DNA of 64,000 bases from NCBI GenBank assembly GCA_041663045.1, contig JBAZRH010000001.1, positions 340,403 to 404,402 on the forward strand, given 5' to 3'. Shown piece after piece: positions 54,967-64,000 of this stretch (position 1 is its first letter; every line of letters starts with the position of its first letter). This DNA is from Minisyncoccota bacterium (GTDB taxonomy: Bacteria > Patescibacteriota > Minisyncoccia > Phycocordibacterales > GWA1-40-21). The notes below the pieces were generated by a model. It had not been told where the DNA came from and searched no databases. It saw only the letters and a program-made list of their open reading frames with translations. The translations under genes were made by a program, and so were the position numbers.

Positions 54967-55115
54967 ATATTCATACTATATACTTTTTTCTTTTTAAAAT
55001 CCAGCCCGGGGTATAGGCTTTTCGCCGTTTTCTAGCGCTAGACGATATCGTCGTCTCTTCACTTAAATATAAGAATTATATATCTGACATCTCTTAATTC
55101 TGCTATAATAAACTT

Positions 55116-56612
55116 ATGAAAAATGTAGCAGATTTCTTTTTTCTTGAAAGAGTTCCAAAGGGGTATCCGATGGACGTCTTATATATAAATCTCGGTCATA
55201 CAAATATAGCAAAGAGGCCGGAGTTTGGCCTCAAAACCCAGGGTGCGATGATTCTAGTCTTTAGTGAGGGGCATTATGATATTTTTCTAGAAAAAGAAAA
55301 GTGGTTCAAGGCTGGGCAGACGGTACTGGATTATGTATTGGAAAATGATGACAGATTTATTGCTTGGGAGAGAAAAACTAGAAGATGGCTTGCGTACATT
55401 GCGGAAGTAAATAATAAATTTAAAAAGATAGATTTTGGTGTATTTACTGATAAAGAACTGATGCAGCAATTAGATTGGATTTTAGAATTTGAAAAGACAG
55501 ATGGTATAGAAAATGCAGAGATAACATCAAGTAATTATGGAACAAATTTAATTTACCAGAGATTTGAATCGACTTTGAAAGAACTCGGTTTCGCTCCTCA
55601 TAATATTGGTCAAATTCTATTACGATCCACAAGATCCTTCCCTCTTATCGAATACGAGAAGGAAATCAGTAGACTAGCTATTTGGCTGATAAACGAAAAG
55701 AAAAATTATGTACTGGATTATGAAATTGCCGATCAAGAGATATTGAATAAGATAGAAAATATTCTCGATGAATATGATTGGCTTGATGCAAGCTTGGCTA
55801 GTAAGCCAAAATCTATTCAGAACGTAATAGATGATATAAATGTACTACTTCAATTTAAAGACAAGCTATCTAAGGTCATTGCTGAGAGAGAATATGATCG
55901 AGAAGATAAAAGATCTGAAAGAGAGAAGGTCTTAGAGGCTGTTTTACAAAGAGCATCGTCTAAACAAAAAAGAGTTATCGATTTTGCAATAGAAAGTAGC
56001 GAACTTGGAAGAATATTGGTGGATGAGATAATGAAATTTATTTATTATCGTCGAAGGATTTATGCCGAGATAGGAAAGAGGATAAGACTTTCTGAAATCG
56101 AGACAAAATATCTTTTACCAGAAGAAATAAGATCCTGTCTACTACACTCTACAAAGCCTGATATAGAGATTGTAAGACAACGCCAAGAGATATTTGTTTG
56201 CATATTAGAAAATGATCAGATTGATATATATACTGGGCAACAAGCAAAGGAGTGGCGAGACAAACTAAAGGAGATTGTCTCAAATGATGTACGACCCTTA
56301 AAAGGAGAAATTGCTTTTAGCAAAGGTAAAATAAAAGGAATCGCCAAAATAATTAGAGATGTTACTGATATGGATAAAATAAAAAACGGAGATATTCTAG
56401 TTTCTTCGAGAACATACCCAGACTTATTACCCGCTATGAAAAAGTCCTCTGCTATTATTGCAGAACTTGGAGGGCTTCTCTCTCACGCAGCTATAGTCTC
56501 TAGAGAATTTGGTATTCCCTGTCTTGTGGGGGTTCAAAACGCTACATCCAAGATTAAGGATGGCGATTATCTGGAAATCGACACAGAAACAGGAGATATA
56601 ATTATTATATAA
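55116..56612 (+). CDS. PEP-utilizing-enzyme mobile domain protein (paralog of 44811..46352)
   Basis: 498 aa; C-terminal AELGGLLSHAAIVSREFGIPCLVG His-domain. Confidence 0.65.
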   Translation: MKNVADFFFLERVPKGYPMDVLYINLGHTNIAKRPEFGLKTQGAMILVFSEGHYDIFLEKEKWFKAGQTVLDYVLENDDRFIAWERKTRRWLAYIAEVNNKFKKIDFGVFTDKELMQQLDWILEFEKTDGIENAEITSSNYGTNLIYQRFESTLKELGFAPHNIGQILLRSTRSFPLIEYEKEISRLAIWLINEKKNYVLDYEIADQEILNKIENILDEYDWLDASLASKPKSIQNVIDDINVLLQFKDKLSKVIAEREYDREDKRSEREKVLEAVLQRASSKQKRVIDFAIESSELGRILVDEIMKFIYYRRRIYAEIGKRIRLSEIETKYLLPEEIRSCLLHSTKPDIEIVRQRQEIFVCILENDQIDIYTGQQAKEWRDKLKEIVSNDVRPLKGEIAFSKGKIKGIAKIIRDVTDMDKIKNGDILVSSRTYPDLLPAMKKSSAIIAELGGLLSHAAIVSREFGIPCLVGVQNATSKIKDGDYLEIDTETGDIIII

Positions 56613-56626
56613 CTAGATAACCCTTA

Positions 56627-57592
56627 TTATTCTCTCAAATACTTCCTCACTGCTAAGTAACTTGCGATAGAACCGAAGACGACACCGGAACCAAGAATGG
56701 AAAAAACTATCCAAAGTAAGTTGCTAATGTAATATTGGAAAATATTGAAACCGGCAAAATATTGCGAATACGAATGATTCATCCAGAAAGTCGCAAGAGC
56801 AAAGAAGAGAAGTATAACAATAGCTGATATCACCCCACAAAGTATACCACTTACCATAAACGGCCCCTTCACATATCTACTCGATGCACCAACAAGTCTC
56901 ATCACAGATATTTCATCTTTTGCCATAAAGATGGTGAGACGGATAGTGTTGAATGTAATAAGTATTGAAATTATTATAAATATAATAGCAAGCCAAATCC
57001 CGATAATATTTGCCGAAGAGATAATACTGGAAAGACGGTCTATCACTATTTTATTTTGCTGATAATTTACTTTATCTATTATGTTGTGTCCGTCTTTAGA
57101 AAGAACACTGCTCCCCTTCAAAAATTCTGCTATACCTTCGTATTGAGAAGGGTCTTTGGCTTTTATGTTGAGCACCGCCCCAAGAGGATTCTCTCCCAAC
57201 TCATTTAGAGCCTGTAATGTAAGTTCGTCCGCCTTATGTTTCTCTTTAAAGTTTGCAAGAGCGTCGTCTTTCGACAGATAAATGACATTCTCTACCTCTG
57301 GTAATGCCTCGAGAGACTTTTGTATTGAAAGAATGTCGGGTTCAGTAGTATTTAAAACAAAATAGACATTTACATCCACTTTGGCTTTTATATTATCCAA
57401 GGTGTATTTGAAAAAACCACCGAGAAGTATCATGGAAGAGATAATGAACAGAGTAATGGTCATTACGAGAAGAGAAGAAAGTGTAACAAAACCATTTCTA
57501 AAAAAATTGATTATACCTGATCTAAAAACTCTTTTTATATTAATCCAAAGCATATCTTTAGTATTATAACACGTATCTGCCTGTGGGATCAT
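56627..57592 (-). CDS. ftsX: cell division ABC transporter permease FtsX
   Basis: 321 aa; 4 TM helices with large first periplasmic loop; overlaps ftsE. Confidence 0.8.
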   Translation of the reverse strand: MIPQADTCYNTKDMLWINIKRVFRSGIINFFRNGFVTLSSLLVMTITLFIISSMILLGGFFKYTLDNIKAKVDVNVYFVLNTTEPDILSIQKSLEALPEVENVIYLSKDDALANFKEKHKADELTLQALNELGENPLGAVLNIKAKDPSQYEGIAEFLKGSSVLSKDGHNIIDKVNYQQNKIVIDRLSSIISSANIIGIWLAIIFIIISILITFNTIRLTIFMAKDEISVMRLVGASSRYVKGPFMVSGILCGVISAIVILLFFALATFWMNHSYSQYFAGFNIFQYYISNLLWIVFSILGSGVVFGSIASYLAVRKYLRE

Positions 57593-58271
57593 CTCTGACT
57601 ATTCTCCCTTTGTCCATACTAATAACTCTTTTACCAAGAGAATCTATCACACCCTTATTGTGCGTAGTAAGTATCACAGTAGTACCAAGATCATTTATCT
57701 TTTTAAGAATTTGGATAATTTCGTGGGTATTAAGCGGATCCAGATTGCCTGTCGGTTCATCTGCAACAATAATATCCGGCTGATTTACTATAGCTCTTGC
57801 TATCGCCACTCTCTGCTTTTCCCCACCAGAAAGTTCGTCTGGAAAATTGAATGCTTTTTTACCGAGATCAACAAGTTCAAGTACGTGAGGAACGTCTTGA
57901 GATATCTCGTCATCTGTCCTGCTTGAGGCTTCCATTGCAAAAGCTACATTTTCATAAACGGTTTTATTTGGCAAAAGCCTGTAATCTTGGAAAACAGTAC
58001 CTATCTTTCTTCTAAAATGATGAATCTCGTCTTTTTTCATCTTATGGATATTCAGAGATCCAAAAAAAACAGAACCTCTGGATGGCTTATCCTCGGCTAT
58101 GAGCATTTTCAGAAGGGTGGTTTTACCTGCACCAGAGTGGCCTACAATAGAAACAAATTCTTTTGGTGCTATCGACAAAGTAACCTCCTCAAGAGCGACG
58201 GAATCATCGGCATATATTTTTGAAACTTTATCAAAAACTATCATTTCGCCTTCTATTATACCATAATCCAA
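57564..58271 (-). CDS. ftsE: cell division ABC transporter ATP-binding protein FtsE
   Basis: 235 aa; Walker A GHSGAGKTT, ABC signature LSGGEKQR, Walker B IIVADEPTGNLD. Confidence 0.9.
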   Translation of the reverse strand: MDYGIIEGEMIVFDKVSKIYADDSVALEEVTLSIAPKEFVSIVGHSGAGKTTLLKMLIAEDKPSRGSVFFGSLNIHKMKKDEIHHFRRKIGTVFQDYRLLPNKTVYENVAFAMEASSRTDDEISQDVPHVLELVDLGKKAFNFPDELSGGEKQRVAIARAIVNQPDIIVADEPTGNLDPLNTHEIIQILKKINDLGTTVILTTHNKGVIDSLGKRVISMDKGRIVRDDPTGRYVL

Positions 58272-58346
58272 AATAAGGCAAAGAAAGTGTCTGAATTGCT
58301 TCGCCGCGCTCGCAATAATAGATAGCGAGCGATTATATACTATAAA

Positions 58347-59222
58347 TTAACCGAGCTTTCTCTCCGCCTCTATAAATTCATCTAATTCGCCATTCAAAAC
58401 TTTATCAATATTTCCCGTTTCAATACCGGTACGATGATCTTTTATCATTTTATACGGATGAAAAACATAAGAACGAATCTGATTCCCCCACTCTATTGCT
58501 GTGGTTTTGCTCACATAAAGCCCCTTTTCTTTCGCTTTCTTTTCCTCTTCTCTCTTGGTAAAGAGTTTGCCTGCCAAAATCTGCATAGCTTTTTCTTTAT
58601 TCTGCGCCTGTGAACGCTCACTTGTCGTCCTTACAGAAATCCCAGTCGGCACATGGACTATTCTCACAGCAGTTTCCCTTTTATTTACATTTTGTCCACC
58701 TGGACCTCCGGCTTTTGAAATCTCGATTTTCAACTCGCTATCCGGGATTTGCATTTTACTGATTTCTTCTAGCTTCGGCACGACTTCGACAAGTGAGAAA
58801 GATGTTTGTCGTAAACTTTTCGCATTGAAAGGAGAGAGTCGGACAAGCCTGTGAACTCCAGATTCGCCCTTAAGCTCACCGTACACACCAGAGCCAGAAA
58901 TCTCTAAGGTTATATTTCTATATCCACCATGATCATTTTCACTTTCATCAAGGATCTTATAAGACCAATTTTTCTTATCACAAAATTTACAATACATTTC
59001 AAAAAGAATTCTGGAGAAGTCTTCTGCATCGTCTCCACCAGCACCAGAAAAAATAGTCATAATAGCATCGCCTTTATCATATTTATCTTTACCGGCAACT
59101 TCGGATTTTAAATCGGAAATTTCTTTGAGCACCGCTTGTGCCTTCACTTTATCATTCCAAAAGTCGGCTGATAGCATCAGTGTTTCTAATTCCAGTATCT
59201 TTTTGAGCTTTTCTTCAGACAT
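58347..59222 (-). CDS. prfB: peptide chain release factor 2 (N-terminally short)
   Basis: SPF tripeptide (RLSPFNAK), GGQ motif (GGPGGQNVNK). ORF-track start 59228 is TTG; ATG at 59222. About 35 residues shorter at the N-terminus than E. coli RF2 and no CUU-UGA frameshift site seen upstream. Confidence 0.8.
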   Translation of the reverse strand: MSEEKLKKILELETLMLSADFWNDKVKAQAVLKEISDLKSEVAGKDKYDKGDAIMTIFSGAGGDDAEDFSRILFEMYCKFCDKKNWSYKILDESENDHGGYRNITLEISGSGVYGELKGESGVHRLVRLSPFNAKSLRQTSFSLVEVVPKLEEISKMQIPDSELKIEISKAGGPGGQNVNKRETAVRIVHVPTGISVRTTSERSQAQNKEKAMQILAGKLFTKREEEKKAKEKGLYVSKTTAIEWGNQIRSYVFHPYKMIKDHRTGIETGNIDKVLNGELDEFIEAERKLG

Positions 59223-59229
59223 CTTCAAA

Positions 59230-59748
59230 TTAAGTATAACAATAAAAAAGCCACCTGGGGAGTGTTTTTCAGGATTGTCCCGAAAGGGTTCAGGAGCAAA
59301 CGCTCCTTACAATCCTGGCTTTTGCGTTTCACATTATTCACGCTCCCCAAGTGAGCTCAAAAAAGATATCATATTCCAATAAAAAATGCCACTCCCAACA
59401 TGCGAAGTGGCAAAAATCGGTCGCTTGCAAGCAAGCTCTCCAGCCATTAGCCGTTTAATTTCCGTCCATCCGATAAAGGAGGAGTGCGGTATAGAGCAAG
59501 GAACCACCAACAGGAGCTCCCTTATATTCAGAGCGGAACGAGGCTTACAGGCAAGCAACCGAAAAAGAACAGGTAGAGTGAGCCGGAAACAAACAGTATG
59601 GATTGGAGACTGGTGGCACCAAACACATGAATACGCCGGTCATCCGCAGTAATAACGCATGGTCTCGCGAAACCCAAATGGACAGTTCGTTATACACAAG
59701 CTCACTCTGTAAGCAATATAATATATATTATTAAAAATGCAAATCTTG
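59230..59748. other. about 520-bp structured non-coding region upstream of prfB (multiple hairpins, moderately GC-rich)
   Basis: no convincing ORF; searched by eye for RNase P, tmRNA, SRP signatures on both strands without a match. Confidence 0.3.
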
Positions 59749-59894
59749 GAGCCAAGGGCGAGGATCGAAACTTACAGTTTCAGTCCCCTTTGTGGTTTTT
59801 TTATTCGCATAAGAATGCTCTAAAAAATGCTCACAAAGGCTTCGATCCTCGCACGAAAGCTCTCCCAGAGCTTTCTCTGTCTCAAACTTCGTTT
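59749..59894 (-). repeat. tRNA-trailer module attached to tRNA-Thr(CGT). Ends with a 21-nt direct repeat (GAGCCAAGGGCGAGGATCGAA, 59749..59769) of the tRNA 3' end (59894..59914)
   Basis: includes inverted T-arm copy GTGCGAGGATCGAAGCC and a UUCG hairpin that incorporates the tRNA 3' end. Confidence 0.75.
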
Positions 59895-59967
59895 GAGCCA
59901 AGGGCGAGGATCGAACTCGCGACCTGCGGTTTACGATACCGCCGCTCTACCAACTGAGCTACCTTGG
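59895..59967 (-). tRNA. tRNA-Thr (anticodon CGT)
   Basis: acceptor GCCAAGG/CCTTGGC, anticodon stem GCGGT/ACCGC with loop ATCGTAA, T-loop TTCGATC. Confidence 0.85.
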
Positions 59968-59979
59968 CTTATATTTACC

Positions 59980-60151
59980 GGAGCCGTTGACCAGGATCGC
60001 TCGCAACTCAAAATCTTTCCGTCGAAAAATTTTTGTCTGGGCACCGGCTCATAAAATTTTCTGCAGAAAATTTTTGACTCCGCCGTTCGCTCCTGGACGC
60101 AAGCAAAACCCTTTGCTTGCTTAAACGACTCATCCTCACTTCGTTCATCTG
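59980..60151 (-). repeat. tRNA-trailer module attached to tRNA-Thr(GGT). Ends with a 19-nt direct repeat (GAGCCGTTGACCAGGATCG, 59980..59998) of the tRNA 3' end (60151..60169)
   Basis: contains inverted T-arm copy CCGTTCGCTCCTGG, conserved hairpin GACGCAAGCAAA-ACCC-TTTGCTTGC, block GAGCCGGTGCCCAGAC and palindrome AAAATTTTCTGCAGAAAATTTT. Confidence 0.8.
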
Positions 60152-60224
60152 AGCCGTTGACCAGGATCGAACTGGTGACCTCGTCATTACCAATGACGTG
60201 CTCTACCAACTGAGCTACAACGGC
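60152..60224 (-). tRNA. tRNA-Thr (anticodon GGT)
   Basis: acceptor GCCGTTG/CAACGGC, anticodon stem CGTCA/TGACG with loop TTGGTAA, T-loop TTCGATC. Confidence 0.85.
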
Positions 60225-60316
60225 ATAGCATAAAGATAACCTATTTGTTGGCTTTTTTCAATCAAAAAACCGCACGCAAAAGCGCACGGTTTCTTCTTTA
60301 CCTCATACCAGAGAAT

Positions 60317-60514
60317 TTAAAACTGAGGAATCATCTGTGGTAATTGAGGTAAAAATACCCCAGCAGAAAGCGAGTCCTTACCAAAATGTAAGGCTGTCTG
60401 CAGAATATCAAAGAACGACAGGAGGGTATTTTCTAGTGCATGATATATTTCAGGCACCAGAAAGCGTAACATGATAATCGCCAGACCAAGTCCGATAACT
60501 CGCAAGATTTTCAT
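60317..60514 (-). CDS. hypothetical small hydrophobic protein
   Basis: 65 aa; followed on the minus strand by terminator CCGTGCGC-TTTT-GCGTGCGG + T-run at 60265..60300. Confidence 0.35.
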   Translation of the reverse strand: MKILRVIGLGLAIIMLRFLVPEIYHALENTLLSFFDILQTALHFGKDSLSAGVFLPQLPQMIPQF

Positions 60515-60850
60515 AACTTTATGAAAATTACGAGAAGGGTTTCTTTTATTTCGTCCGACTTTGACGAAATTGGCCGGCTAATTACCAGACCGCCCCTCCC
60601 CTCCTGAGACCTGTTAAAACAAGTCGCAAAGGGAGAGAGGTGTCTTTCTCAGATATTCAATTATCAATGTCCTTTCTTACATTAGTATTATAGCATATAT
60701 GCTATAACCTGCAACCAGAGAAAGAAGTGTCTCTTTAAATATTTCTAACCTAAATCTATAAATAGTAGCCGAGCTGTTTTACTAGCTTAGCTATTTTACC
60801 CGAATTATCTCATCACAAGTTTAAGACCGATGCGGTGTCCGAAACAAAAA

Positions 60851-62179
60851 TTATAGACCTTTTTCTATGGGTTCTATCCTATAAAACGGCCATAAGGTAA
60901 AAAGGATAATATTAGCGAGAATAAAGATTACAACCCAGGCCCATAGACTAGACCTTGCATAACCAGCCAAGATTCCACCAATGACGAGAGCGGAACCACA
61001 GACACCGAGAATGTCTATGAGTATTTTCCTCTTCAAAATATGGTCGTGTTCTATATTTCCAAGTAATAATGTATATTTTATGGAAGAGACGGCAAAAATC
61101 AACAAGGTAAAAAATATAAAATAAGGAACAGCGCGAACGTTTATTGCCATAGCGACATATAGAGAGACTAGGACCAGATCTAAAATACTGTGTACCAAGC
61201 TATAAGGTGGCGTTATGCGAGAAAAACACCTGATGGAAAAGAAGGTATTAAAAAGAAAAACAATATAAAATATGGCAAGCGGTATTGCTTTGTGCCAATC
61301 AAAAGATTCAAATACCCAGGTAATAATAAAAGCTAAGGCAAAAATAGAGCTGACAATCCAAGCTTTTAATTCAGCCCCTTTTCTAACGTTGTCTTCTATA
61401 GTGTCTGATCTTTTCTCTAATCCTATACGATGATCTTCATAACCATTAGTAAACGGTTTCTTGAAAAGGGCTTGCCAAACAAAATTTAATCCATAAATCA
61501 GATTCGTTTTTACAATCCCCTCTTTCTGAAACCGACGACTGGAAGAATAAATAAAAAAGTCCATCTTAAATACAACCTTTCCGAATTCACTGAGCCTTCT
61601 TGATATATTTGTGTCTTCTCCATAAAACTCAATATTTTTATCAAATCCACCCATCTTTAATAGAGCCTCTTTCTTTGCGACAAAATTTCCCCCCAAAATC
61701 AAATAACCTGCTAGGTGGTATGCGATAGGGGCATTGAGCCACCAAATAATATGCAAAAAGAAATTGTTTATAATAGAACCATCATAATACCTGTATGGCC
61801 CGCTCAAACTGACAGCCTTAGGGTGTTTAGCAAAAAATGTCTCCGCAGTTTTATACCATGCCGGTTGAAGTCTTGTGTCTGCATCAATATAGGCCAAAAA
61901 ATCACCAGTAGCTACTTCTAGCCCCTTTTGTCTCGCTTTGGTTAGACCCTTGTCTGGTTCATCGACTACTTTCACTCCAGAAACTTTCTCGGCCAATTCT
62001 TTCGTGCGGTCGGTACTGCCATTATTGATAACGATTATTTCGTGAAATTTACCGTCTGAATATTTTATTGCTTTTTCTAAACAATCAATAATAGAATCCT
62101 CCTCATTGTAGGCCGGTATGATCAAGCTGATTTTAAATTTTTTATTTTGTGACGTCATCTTATTACTACTTATTACCAT
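60851..62179 (-). CDS. family 2 glycosyltransferase fused to a polytopic membrane domain
   Basis: 442 aa; N-terminal LIIPAYNEEDSI GT-A fold with DAD motif (YIDADT), C-terminal about 5 TM helices. Confidence 0.75.
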   Translation of the reverse strand: MVISSNKMTSQNKKFKISLIIPAYNEEDSIIDCLEKAIKYSDGKFHEIIVINNGSTDRTKELAEKVSGVKVVDEPDKGLTKARQKGLEVATGDFLAYIDADTRLQPAWYKTAETFFAKHPKAVSLSGPYRYYDGSIINNFFLHIIWWLNAPIAYHLAGYLILGGNFVAKKEALLKMGGFDKNIEFYGEDTNISRRLSEFGKVVFKMDFFIYSSSRRFQKEGIVKTNLIYGLNFVWQALFKKPFTNGYEDHRIGLEKRSDTIEDNVRKGAELKAWIVSSIFALAFIITWVFESFDWHKAIPLAIFYIVFLFNTFFSIRCFSRITPPYSLVHSILDLVLVSLYVAMAINVRAVPYFIFFTLLIFAVSSIKYTLLLGNIEHDHILKRKILIDILGVCGSALVIGGILAGYARSSLWAWVVIFILANIILFTLWPFYRIEPIEKGL

Positions 62180-64000
62180 ACTCTTTTTTCAAAACAAAAT
62201 ACTTTGCCAGTCTATACTGGGAATAGACGAGAAAACAAAGAGCGACGGAAATAATTGAAATATTTGAGACAGAAAAGCTTGGAATAAGATTTGTCGTATC
62301 AAAAAAAGTTGCGATAATGGGCATCTTAAGAACAAAAAGGAATAAGACAACCTCTATCAAAGCAAGAGAAAGTATTTGTAACTTTTGCATTTTAGATATT
62401 ATACCCCTGTATACATACGGAGTAAATGCAAAGAAGGTAAAACCTGAAATTATATAAGCAATAATTACTAAAAGATTTGACTCCGCTAATTTCATATATA
62501 TGGGGCTTATAATAAAGATTATCGCGATAAAAATAGTCTGAATAATTGAAGAGGAGACAGCGAACGGTAAAATATTTTTAAGAAAAGGTACAGTGCTTTG
62601 CGAATCAATTCTGCCCGAAGGCATGATTGTCCAATAAGAGATTAGTATACCCGGAATCCCCACGGTGAAATAATTGATGAGGGTAATATTGAGTGGGGTA
62701 AGCGGAAATGCATATCCAAACAGACTTACAAAAATAAATAAAAAGAAACCAACAAAAGTTAAGTTAAGAAAAATACTGGAGAATATCTCTACATTTCTAA
62801 TAATGCTGTCGGCTAGTGTCACTCCACCCGGCATTGCAGTAAAACTATTATTTGTAAGTACAATGGCCGCGAGTTGCCTTGTGGCTGGCGCCCCATCAAA
62901 CATCGCTATGCCAAGATCCGCCTTTTTGATAGCAAGGGCGTCGTTGGCCCCGTCCCCCACCATTGCTGTAAAACCGTCTTTCTTAAATGCTTCAACTATT
63001 TTTTCTTTTTGTTCAGGAATAATTCTAGCAAAGATAGTATAAGAGCCAACTTTTTCTTCAAACTCGCTTCTACTCCATTCTTCCATCTCTTTACCGGTAA
63101 TAATATTGTCAGGATTTTTTACTCCTGCCAAAGCAGCCACCGCACACACCGTTTCTGGATTATCTCCAGAAATAATCCTTATGTGCACACCCCTTTCCTG
63201 AAAAAAATTAATAGTGTGCTTAATACCTCCTCTAAGATTATTATAAAAAACATAAACCGCCACAATTGAGAACTCGACCTTAGACAAATCATGGGGTATA
63301 TTCACACCTTTGACCTTCATAACACACCAGACGTGTTTACCATCGTGGGCTTCTTTATCAAGAAAATCTTGAAGCCATTTTTTTTCTACAATATTTGATA
63401 TGTGTGGTAGAAAAACATCCGGTGCGCCACCAAAGACAATTAAATCTTCACTCTCTTTTTTTATAGAAACAGCACCATATCTTCGCCAAGAAGAAAACGA
63501 CAAGGAATCGACAACGTCGCCTCTATATTTAATTCCTATAAACTTTTTAACTGCATTTAAGGTTTGAGAAGAGTCGCCTGTCCCCTGAATATATGCCATG
63601 GTTAGATCTTGCGCAGATTCTATACTAACTTCAGGCGGTACGTATATGTCTTCAACTACTAATGTATTTTCGGTCAATGTACCTGTCTTATCCATACAGA
63701 GATTTTTTATACGACCGAGTTTCTCTGTAGCATTTACCTCTTGTAATAAGACATGTCTTCGGAAAAGACGTGCTGCTCCATACGCAAAAAAAAGAGTAGT
63801 AGCGAAAAATAATCCCACGGGCATAAGTGCACTGGTAAGAGCCCCGATATTTTTTATAATTCTAATTGCCGGCTCGTGTATTAGAAAGCCTCGAATAATC
63901 ACAAAACCAAGAACAACGGCGAGAATGTATCCACAATATTTAATAAACAAATTGATGGAACTTTGAATAGGGCTTAGTCTTATAGAATATTTTTTTATGC
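62166..64000 (-). CDS. P-type ATPase (cation-transporting), partial: N-terminus lies beyond the window end
   Basis: DKTGTLT phosphorylation motif, MVGDGANDALAIKKADLGIAM hinge motif. The reading frame stays open from the TTG at 63950 to position 64000, and TM1-4 plus the actuator domain are missing from this window. Confidence 0.75.
   Translation of the reverse strand, partial: IKKYSIRLSPIQSSINLFIKYCGYILAVVLGFVIIRGFLIHEPAIRIIKNIGALTSALMPVGLFFATTLFFAYGAARLFRRHVLLQEVNATEKLGRIKNLCMDKTGTLTENTLVVEDIYVPPEVSIESAQDLTMAYIQGTGDSSQTLNAVKKFIGIKYRGDVVDSLSFSSWRRYGAVSIKKESEDLIVFGGAPDVFLPHISNIVEKKWLQDFLDKEAHDGKHVWCVMKVKGVNIPHDLSKVEFSIVAVYVFYNNLRGGIKHTINFFQERGVHIRIISGDNPETVCAVAALAGVKNPDNIITGKEMEEWSRSEFEEKVGSYTIFARIIPEQKEKIVEAFKKDGFTAMVGDGANDALAIKKADLGIAMFDGAPATRQLAAIVLTNNSFTAMPGGVTLADSIIRNVEIFSSIFLNLTFVGFFLFIFVSLFGYAFPLTPLNITLINYFTVGIPGILISYWTIMPSGRIDSQSTVPFLKNILPFAVSSSIIQTIFIAIIFIISPIYMKLAESNLLVIIAYIISGFTFFAFTPYVYRGIISKMQKLQILSLALIEVVLFLFVLKMPIIATFFDTTNLIPSFSVSNISIISVALCFLVYSQYRLAKYFVLKKEYGNK

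Noticed and set aside
58347-59400. Programmed +1 frameshift site in prfB
   Set aside because: No CUU UGA C with an upstream SD-like element was found in any frame upstream of the ORF. The in-frame upstream sequence hits a stop at 59307..59309 with no ATG, so the gene is called as a short RF2 starting at ATG 59222 or TTG 59228.
59230-59748. RNase P RNA, tmRNA or SRP RNA upstream of prfB
   Set aside because: I searched both strands by eye for GGAAAGUCCGG / ACAGAANCCGGCUUA (RNase P), for the T-arm-like GGUUCGAAUCC with CCA end (tmRNA) and for the GGAAGCAGC domain IV (SRP). None was found, so the region is left as unassigned structured DNA.
1-64000. CRISPR arrays
   Set aside because: No short direct repeats in regularly spaced arrays were seen anywhere in the window.

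Overview
64-kb window from an AT-rich (roughly 35% GC) bacterial genome. The gene content looks like Candidate Phyla Radiation / Patescibacteria: short ValRS and IF-2, many small hypothetical membrane proteins, Gmad2, DUF192, and proteins carrying a PEP-utilizing-enzyme mobile domain. The lineage call is an inference. The genetic code appears standard, since an RF2 gene is present. Housekeeping backbone: ybeY-ftsA-ftsZ-trxB, tsaD, valS, lepA, alr, clpB, cysteine desulfurase, infB-rbfA, class II RNR, htpX, lemA, secG, RNase J, ftsE-ftsX, prfB and 15 tRNA genes. Main accessory content follows. (1) An island at 5155-11456 lies between tRNA-Val and tRNA-Ser. It holds a C-protein / amino-methyltransferase / putative restriction endonuclease cassette plus two unknown genes, bracketed by a 429-bp perfect inverted repeat. 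Immediately beside it is a large serine recombinase gene bracketed by a 120-bp inverted repeat whose right copy reaches the CCA end of tRNA-Ser. (2) A family of ~120-190-bp non-coding modules sits at the 3' end of at least 9 tRNA genes. Each shares conserved blocks and a conserved hairpin showing a compensatory base change, and most end with a 15-21-nt direct repeat of the cognate tRNA 3' end. (3) Two diverged paralogous ~480-aa proteins of unknown family are each preceded, directly at the start codon, by an identical 73-nt element resembling the 5' half of tRNA-Glu. They are in an operon-like cluster with an M19 dipeptidase homolog and alanine racemase. (4) There are GC-rich compositional islands, a synonymous-only orphan copy of the tsaD 5' end, and many long perfect palindromes. 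All coordinates and repeat relationships were checked by eye on the given sequence. Functional assignments rest on motif recognition without database searches.
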